Positions 9,636 through 14,689 of a DNA stretch of 32,000 bases are shown piece after piece. The DNA lies in assembly GCF_000940845.1 (NCBI RefSeq), contig NZ_CP010341.1, positions 1,020,001 to 1,052,000 of the forward strand, written 5' to 3'. A model generated the notes under the pieces. It did no database searches and was not told the DNA's origin. It worked only from the letters and a program-made list of their open reading frames with translations. The position numbers and the translations under genes were made by a program. Positions within the stretch are counted from its first letter, which is position 1, and every line of letters starts with the position of its first letter. The stretch comes from Propionibacterium freudenreichii subsp. freudenreichii (GTDB lineage: Bacteria > Actinomycetota > Actinomycetes > Propionibacteriales > Propionibacteriaceae).

Positions 9636-11753
9636 GTGACATCGGATCGGATTGAGCAGACGTCGGCAGCCCCACAGGGCGCCGACGACATGGAGGACCC
9701 CGCATCCGAGGCAGCGAACGACCCGGGCGACGAACACGAACTGTGCACCAGCGTGCTGGATGCGACGGTGGCGGCAATCGGGGGGCAGGCTCGTCCGGGA
9801 CAGCGTCGGATGGTCGAGGCAGTCACCGGGGCCATGGCTGCCGATGATGCCCTGCTGGTGCAGGCCGGTACGGGCACGGGCAAGTCCCTGGGATACCTGG
9901 TCCCGGCCCTGGTGCATGCCCAGCATTCAGCGTCGAAGGTCGTGGTCGCCACGGCCACCCTCGCCCTGCAGAACCAATTGGCCACCAAGGACGGGCCCAG
10001 TGTGGCCGCCACATTGGCCTCGGTCACCGGGCGAACTCCCACCATTGCCGTGCTCAAGGGGCGCGCCAACTACGCCTGCCTGGTGAAGGCCCAGGAGGGG
10101 ACCGGCTCGGAACAGGACACCCTGCTGTCCGGTGCAGAGCTGGCCGAGGCCGCCCACGCCTCGGGCGCGGACGCCGACACGGCCCTGGGCGCCGAGGTGG
10201 TTGCCCTGCGCGAATGGGTCGCCGAGCAGGCCCGTGATCACGAGCTGGCAGATCGCGACGACGCACCGGCACACACCGGCCGGGCATGGGCGCAGGTGAG
10301 CATTTCAGCGCGCCAATGCCCCGGATCGCGTTGTCCCCTGTACAACGAATGCTTCGTCGAGATGGCACGGGCCAGGGCGCGCGCGGCCGACCTGATCATC
10401 ACCAACCATGCACTGCTCGCCATTGACGCGATGAGCGATCGCGACATCCTGCCCGAGCATGCCGCCGTGATCATCGACGAGGCCCACGAGCTGACCGCGC
10501 GCGTGACGGGAGCGGCCTCACAGGAATTGAGTCCCCAACAGATCGAGCGGTTGAGCCGCAGCGCCTCCGACTGGATCGACGATGATCTGGCCGTCGAACT
10601 GCTCGATGTTGCCGATGCACTGACGGGGGCCATCGCCGAGGCGGAGGTCGGGCGCCTCACCAATCCCCACAGCACGGCCGTCGCGGCCATAGCCCGCGTG
10701 CGCGATGTCGCCCGCAAGGCGGTCAGTGCGCTGTCCCCGGGGTCGTCAAAGGGCGGGATCGACGCCGCCCGTGCCGCTGCCCAGGGGGACGCCCGCGAGG
10801 TCCACGAGACGGCACAACGCATAGCGGACCTCTCCGACGCCGACGTCGTGTGGGTCAGTGAGCGGGAACGCTTCGGGCGCCAGCTCAATGTCGCCCCCCT
10901 GTCGGTGGCCGGCCTGCTGCGTCATCGGGTGATCGCCGGGAAGGCAGCGGTCCTCACGTCGGCGACACTGACGGTGGGGGGATCCTTCGGTCCGATGGCC
11001 GGTCAACTCGGCCTGCGCCGCGAGGAGGAACTGACCGACGATTCCGGCGTGCGTGAGCCGGCGGCCGACCCGGAGGCCGTCGCCTGGCGGGGGATCGACG
11101 TGGGGACGCCCTTCGACTATCCCCATCAGGGGATCCTCTACACGGCCGCGCGGCTGCCGCGTCCGGGGCGAGAGGGCCTGTCTGACGAGGTGCTGGCCCA
11201 GATCGCCGAGCTGGTCTGGGCTGCCGGGGGACGGACACTGGGACTGTTCTCATCCCAACGCAATGCCGAGGCGGCCGTGCGCCACCTGCGCGCCGAGCTA
11301 CCCGCCCTGACGGTGATGTGCCAGGGGGAGGCCCAACTGCCCGAGCTCACCAGGCGGTTTGCCGCCGATCCGAAGTCGAGCCTGTTCGGCACCCTGTCGT
11401 TGTGGCAGGGCATCGACCTGCCCGGCGAGACCTGCCAGCTGGTGATCATCGACCGGATCCCCTTCCCGCGTCCCGATGATCCGGTGATGCAGGCACGGCA
11501 GGAGGCCATTGCCAAGGCCGGCGGCAACGGGTTCATGCGGATCGCGGCGACCCATGCCGGACTGCTGTTGGCACAGGGCGCAGGCCGGCTGATCCGCACC
11601 TCCGAGGACCGGGGCGTCGTTGCCATCCTCGACTCGAGGTTGGTGACGGCCCGCTATGGGAGCTTCCTGCGGGCATCGCTGCCGGCGTTCTGGGAAACGA
11701 AGAACCTCGACGTGGCGGTGAACGCGCTGCGCAGATTGCGCGGGGAGCAGTAG
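9636..11753 (+). CDS. ATP-dependent DNA helicase, DinG/XPD (Rad3) family with Fe-S cluster cysteines; no N-terminal exonuclease domain
   Basis: GTG start. Walker A QAGTGTGKSLGYL, DEAH box IIDEAHEL. Four Cys fit an XPD-type 4Fe-4S insert (YAC...QCPGSRCPLYNEC). C-terminal helicase motifs TSATL and GRLIRTSEDRGVVAILD. Total 705 aa. Confidence 0.85.
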   Translation: MTSDRIEQTSAAPQGADDMEDPASEAANDPGDEHELCTSVLDATVAAIGGQARPGQRRMVEAVTGAMAADDALLVQAGTGTGKSLGYLVPALVHAQHSASKVVVATATLALQNQLATKDGPSVAATLASVTGRTPTIAVLKGRANYACLVKAQEGTGSEQDTLLSGAELAEAAHASGADADTALGAEVVALREWVAEQARDHELADRDDAPAHTGRAWAQVSISARQCPGSRCPLYNECFVEMARARARAADLIITNHALLAIDAMSDRDILPEHAAVIIDEAHELTARVTGAASQELSPQQIERLSRSASDWIDDDLAVELLDVADALTGAIAEAEVGRLTNPHSTAVAAIARVRDVARKAVSALSPGSSKGGIDAARAAAQGDAREVHETAQRIADLSDADVVWVSERERFGRQLNVAPLSVAGLLRHRVIAGKAAVLTSATLTVGGSFGPMAGQLGLRREEELTDDSGVREPAADPEAVAWRGIDVGTPFDYPHQGILYTAARLPRPGREGLSDEVLAQIAELVWAAGGRTLGLFSSQRNAEAAVRHLRAELPALTVMCQGEAQLPELTRRFAADPKSSLFGTLSLWQGIDLPGETCQLVIIDRIPFPRPDDPVMQARQEAIAKAGGNGFMRIAATHAGLLLAQGAGRLIRTSEDRGVVAILDSRLVTARYGSFLRASLPAFWETKNLDVAVNALRRLRGEQ

Positions 11754-11756
11754 GGC

Positions 11757-12599
11757 CTACATCCGGCGCAGCACGGCGACGACCTTGCCGACGAGCGTCG
11801 CCTGATCGCCGTTGATGGGCTCATAGGCCTGGTTGTGGGGCATCAGCCACACATGGCCATCGCGGCGCTGGAGTTCCTTCACGGTGGCCTCATCGTCGAG
11901 CAGGGCCGCCACGAAATCACCATTGTCGGCCGTGCTCTGTTGCCGGATCACGACATAGTCGCCGTCGCAGATCGCGGCCTCGATCATGGAGTCACCGCGA
12001 ACCTCCAGCATGAACACGGTGCCATCACCGACCAGCTCGCGTGGCATCGGCATCACCTGCTCCACCTGTTCGCTGGCCAGGATCGGGGCGCCGGCCGCGA
12101 TCCGCCCGATCACGGGCACATTGATCGCCTCGGGAAATGCATCACCGAAGCCGGTGATGTCCATCGTCTCGGCGGGATCCGCGTCCGCACGGCGCGCCGG
12201 GGGCATGAAGACCTCCAGCGCGCGAGGGCGCTTCGGGTCGCGACGCACAAAGCCCTTGTCCTCAAGTACCTCGAGCTGATGGGACACGCTGGAGGGACTG
12301 GTCAGTCCCACGGCCTTGCCGATCTCGCGAATGCTGGGGGGATAACCGATGGCCTCCACGCTGGCCTGCACGAATTCAAGGATGCGGCGCTGCCGGGGAC
12401 TCAGGTCACTGATGGCACCGGGTGCCTCGCCGGAGCGCTGAAGGGTCTTCACTGCGTCGCGCCGCGGCTGGCTGGCCGCCAGCTCCTGGTTGATGCGCGC
12501 CCGACTGGGGCGGCCCGCCTTTCGTGAACCTCCGTCCGAAGGTTCCGGGGCATCCTGCTCGGCGCTGGAGGAATCAGTGCGGGACGCGGGACCAGTCAT
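11757..12599 (-). CDS. lexA: SOS repressor LexA
   Basis: Winged-HTH region [44 protein letters not shown]. Ala-Gly cleavage site in [11 protein letters not shown]. Catalytic Ser in VRGDSM and Lys in ATVKEL. About 65 aa of Ser/Arg/Pro-rich N-terminal extension precede the HTH. An in-frame GTG at 12452 is an alternative start. Confidence 0.93.
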   Translation of the reverse strand: MTGPASRTDSSSAEQDAPEPSDGGSRKAGRPSRARINQELAASQPRRDAVKTLQRSGEAPGAISDLSPRQRRILEFVQASVEAIGYPPSIREIGKAVGLTSPSSVSHQLEVLEDKGFVRRDPKRPRALEVFMPPARRADADPAETMDITGFGDAFPEAINVPVIGRIAAGAPILASEQVEQVMPMPRELVGDGTVFMLEVRGDSMIEAAICDGDYVVIRQQSTADNGDFVAALLDDEATVKELQRRDGHVWLMPHNQAYEPINGDQATLVGKVVAVLRRM

Positions 12600-12627
12600 G
12601 GAGTCAGGATACCGGGCAGGGGGACAA

Positions 12628-12643
12628 TCATACGGTTGTTCGA
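12628..12643. promoter_or_regulatory. Degenerate SOS-box-like site proximal to lexA start
   Basis: TCATAC-GGTT-GTTCGA has a perfect right half and a 4/6 left half. On the lexA strand it overlaps a TATGAT -10-like hexamer, 29-44 nt upstream of the lexA ATG. Confidence 0.4.
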
Positions 12644-12694
12644 TGATGGCGTGTCGCGGGGTGATCCGTTTTTGTCAGTGGCGGGTGCTTGGTT

Positions 12695-12710
12695 TGGAAC
12701 ATGTGTTCGA
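12695..12710. promoter_or_regulatory. LexA operator (SOS box) in lexA upstream region
   Basis: TGGAAC-ATGT-GTTCGA matches 11/12 of TCGAAC-N4-GTTCGA. Confidence 0.75.
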
Positions 12711-12742
12711 CCGGTCCGGAATCGCGCAGGGTGGCACAAGCC

Positions 12743-12771
12743 TTGCGATCGAACAGATGTCCTAATATGTT
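12743..12771 (+). promoter_or_regulatory. Candidate sigma-A-type promoter for the lexA-divergent gene
   Basis: -35-like TTGCGA at 12743..12748, a 17-nt spacer, and -10 TATGTT (TANNNT) at 12766..12771. The perfect SOS box starts 3 nt downstream and the half site occupies the spacer. This is a by-eye prediction only. Confidence 0.4.
12749..12764. promoter_or_regulatory. Half-conserved SOS-box-like site
   Basis: TCGAAC-AGAT-GTCCTA has a perfect left half and a 4/6 right half. It fills the spacer of the candidate plus-strand promoter. Confidence 0.45.
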
Positions 12772-12773
12772 GT

Positions 12774-12789
12774 TCGAACAGGTGTTCGA
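12774..12789. promoter_or_regulatory. LexA operator (perfect SOS box) in front of the lexA-divergent gene
   Basis: TCGAAC-AGGT-GTTCGA matches 12/12 of the actinobacterial consensus. It lies 3 nt downstream of the candidate -10 hexamer, covering the expected transcription start. Confidence 0.88.
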
Positions 12790-12868
12790 CATGCGGCGGG
12801 CTGGCATTCAGCGTCCCGGTTGCGTGGGTGGTCCGGATGGGGCGGGATGGCGCAGGAGGTCTGCGGCC

Positions 12869-13672
12869 ATGTCGGTCACGGTGGGGCGCACGGAGCACTC
12901 GATCAGAGAGCAGGTATCACGCATGAGTCAGATCCAGATCCTTTCCCCGGAGCCGGACGGCATCGTTGGCCGCGACGTGTGGCCCCCGACCGCCGCCGGC
13001 CGCCCCACCCTGACCCTGTTGCCGGGTGGTGCCGGATTCTCGGGTGATGCTGGGTCCTCGGATGATGCGGGGTTCTCGGGTGATGCTGGGTCCTCGGGTG
13101 ATGCGGGGTCCGGGGACGGCGGGGCGGCGCGCGGCACCGGTTCGACGGGCACTGTGTCCCGCGGCGGTCGCCTGGGCGAGCCGGTGGTGCGCTCCCGTGT
13201 CGCCACCGGCTCTGCGGTGCCATCGGCGCCGCGGGCTGGCACGGTGTCTGTGGCGCCGCGGGCTGGCTCGGTGTCTGTGGCGCTGCGGGCTGGCACGGTG
13301 GCCACGGCTGCCCCCGGGGTCGGTCCCAGCCTGGTTCCCCTTGACCTGGCGGGATCCCAACGATCCGGCGAGGGTGCGCCGCGCATCACCAAGGGGCTCG
13401 TGCACGTGACCCGCTCGGAGGCGCGCGTGACGCGCCCTGCCGCGACCAGCGGCGCCCGTGCCGCCAGTGCGGGCTCCGCCGTGGTGTCGGTGCGGACGGC
13501 GGGTGGCTGGCGGTTGACGACCCGGGGAATGGCCGTGGTGATCTGTGGTTTCGTGGTGACGATGGCTCTGGGCGTGGGGGTCATCCTCGGGTCATTGGTG
13601 GGAACCGCCCGTGCGGACGCGGCCATGGCGCGGTCGGCTGCTGGCGCTCCGATGGCCGTCCCCGCGGGCTGA
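12869..13672 (+). CDS. Hypothetical tail-anchored membrane protein with a repeat-rich disordered N-terminal domain; candidate SOS-regulated gene divergent from lexA
   Basis: ATG 12869 is preceded by AGGAGG (12854..12859) at 9-nt spacing. Alternative in-frame starts exist at 12791 and 12923. Codon position 1 is strongly G-rich (ggt gcc gga ttc tcg ggt gat gct ...), as expected for genuine high-GC coding. A single hydrophobic helix MAVVICGFVVTMALGVGVILGSLVG (13529..13603) is preceded by WRLTTRG, and only 22 aa follow it. No family motif was recognised by eye. Confidence 0.6.
   Translation: MSVTVGRTEHSIREQVSRMSQIQILSPEPDGIVGRDVWPPTAAGRPTLTLLPGGAGFSGDAGSSDDAGFSGDAGSSGDAGSGDGGAARGTGSTGTVSRGGRLGEPVVRSRVATGSAVPSAPRAGTVSVAPRAGSVSVALRAGTVATAAPGVGPSLVPLDLAGSQRSGEGAPRITKGLVHVTRSEARVTRPAATSGARAASAGSAVVSVRTAGGWRLTTRGMAVVICGFVVTMALGVGVILGSLVGTARADAAMARSAAGAPMAVPAG
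13034..13105 (+). repeat. In-frame tandem repeat, 18-bp unit x4 (36-bp x2), encoding (A)G(F/S)SGD hexapeptides
   Basis: The four units are ggattctcgggtgatgct, gggtcctcggatgatgcg, gggttctcgggtgatgct and gggtcctcgggtgatgcg. The two 36-bp units differ at 2 positions. Confidence 0.9.
13226..13306 (+). repeat. In-frame tandem repeat, 27-bp unit x3, encoding APRAG(T/S)VSV nonapeptides
   Basis: The units are gcgccgcgggctggcacggtgtctgtg, gcgccgcgggctggctcggtgtctgtg and gcgctgcgggctggcacggtggccacg. Confidence 0.9.
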
Positions 13673-13753
13673 TAGGTTCGGGGCCGGCTGCGGGATCCCC
13701 GGATGGCGGGTCGCCGTCCGGGCGTGGGTTGCCAGCTGCCCCTGTGCCCACTG

Positions 13754-13820
13754 CCGGTCAGGGATGCATGCGGTCCGGGATGCATGCGGTCCGGGATGCA
13801 TGCGGTCGGGGATGCATGGC
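13754..13820. repeat. Intergenic 16-bp tandem array (~3.75 copies) of GGGATGCATGCGGTCC
   Basis: Units lie at 13761..13776, 13777..13792 (identical), 13793..13808 (1 mismatch) and a partial at 13809..13820. A partial ccggtca precedes the array. Each unit carries the palindromes ATGCAT/GCATGC and CGGTCCG. Confidence 0.9.
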
Positions 13821-13846
13821 GCAATGTCCGCGGCGTTCACGGATGG

Positions 13847-13862
13847 ACACTGAATGTGGGGT
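13847..13862 (+). promoter_or_regulatory. Candidate distal NrdR box
   Basis: ACACTGAATGTGGGGT matches about 11/16 of the NrdR-box consensus acaCwAtATaTwGtgt. Its centre is 31 bp from the proximal box, the spacing known for tandem NrdR boxes. Confidence 0.5.
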
Positions 13863-13877
13863 CTGACGCCAACAGGT

Positions 13878-13893
13878 GTACTATATGTAGTGG
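13878..13893 (+). promoter_or_regulatory. NrdR box upstream of nrdR (autoregulated nrdR-nrdJ unit)
   Basis: GTACTATATGTAGTGG matches 12/16 of acaCwAtATaTwGtgt, with the core CTATATGTAG nearly palindromic. It overlaps a TACTAT -10-like hexamer, 114 nt upstream of the nrdR ATG. Confidence 0.7.
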
Positions 13894-14006
13894 TTGCACC
13901 GATAGGATTCGTCCATGGGTTGTGGCCGTGATGTATCGGATGTTCACCTCCCCAGCCGCCTGATGAGGGGCCGGCCGGGGGACCGGACCAGGCTCGAGGA
14001 GAAGGC

Positions 14007-14504
14007 ATGCATTGTCCTTATTGTCACCACAGTGACTCCCGGGTGCTGGATTCGCGTGTCACCGAAGACGGTGCGAGCATTCGTCGCCGCCGCCAGTGCC
14101 TCAGCTGCCAGCGTCGCTTCACCACGGTGGAGCAGATGCAGCTCATGGTGGTGAAGAAGGGCGATGTGGTGGAGCCCTTCAGTCGCGACAAGGTGATCAA
14201 TGGGGTACGGAAGGCCTGCAAGGGACGCCCCGTCACCGACAAGCAGCTCGCCCGGCTCGGGCAGACGGTGGAGGACACCGTGCGTGCCACCGGACAGGCG
14301 GAAGTCTGCTCCGAGGACGTGGGCGTTGCGATCCTCAAGCCCCTCAGCGAACTTGATGCCGTGGCCTATCTGCGCTTCGCCAGCGTCTACAAGCACTATC
14401 AGTGCGTGGATGATTTCCTGGCGGAGATTGCGAGGATGAAGGCCGAGCAGCTCACCGATTCCGACGAACTCGTTGACTCGGCCACCCCAGCCACCACCTC
14501 CTGA
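14007..14504 (+). CDS. nrdR: Transcriptional repressor NrdR (zinc ribbon + ATP-cone)
   Basis: Begins [42 protein letters not shown], the canonical NrdR zinc ribbon, followed by an ATP-cone ([16 protein letters not shown]...[10 protein letters not shown]). Total 165 aa. Confidence 0.96.
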   Translation: MHCPYCHHSDSRVLDSRVTEDGASIRRRRQCLSCQRRFTTVEQMQLMVVKKGDVVEPFSRDKVINGVRKACKGRPVTDKQLARLGQTVEDTVRATGQAEVCSEDVGVAILKPLSELDAVAYLRFASVYKHYQCVDDFLAEIARMKAEQLTDSDELVDSATPATTS

Positions 14505-14689
14505 CCACCGGGAGCCCGGGGACCACTGCGGTTCCGGGGCCATCCCGTCACGACGCATGACCAAGTAATTCCCCATCAGGACAACACCGCCTTCGGACCA
14601 GTGCGGCCCGGAGCATCCGGTGGATATGCATTTACCCCCACAGGGTTCCCCTCGCGGGCGGACCGTCGAAGAGAGCAAGAGAGGCCACG

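Noticed and set aside
13754-13820. The 16-bp tandem array considered as a CRISPR or mini-CRISPR.
   Set aside because: The units are directly adjacent with no spacers, the repeat is far shorter than CRISPR repeats, and no cas genes are nearby.
12928-13824. A 298-aa minus-strand ORF opposite the candidate SOS gene, considered as an alternative coding assignment.
   Set aside because: It shares third-codon positions with the plus frame, so GC3 cannot discriminate. Its second codon position is C-dominated, giving a Pro/Thr/Ser/Arg-rich product. It would start inside the 16-bp tandem array, has no SD and has no TM segment. The plus frame has G-rich first positions, AGGAGG-N9-ATG, a clean TM helix and an SOS-box promoter. 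This is not fully excluded, which is why the plus CDS gets only 0.6 confidence.
14505-14689. A possible cobalamin riboswitch or second NrdR box in front of the B12-dependent nrdJ.
   Set aside because: I found no B12-box-like core or the conserved paired elements. No 16-bp palindrome approaches acaCwAtATaTwGtgt; the best candidate, GGTGGATATGCATTTA, is poor. B12 riboswitches typically repress B12-independent isozymes, not nrdJ.
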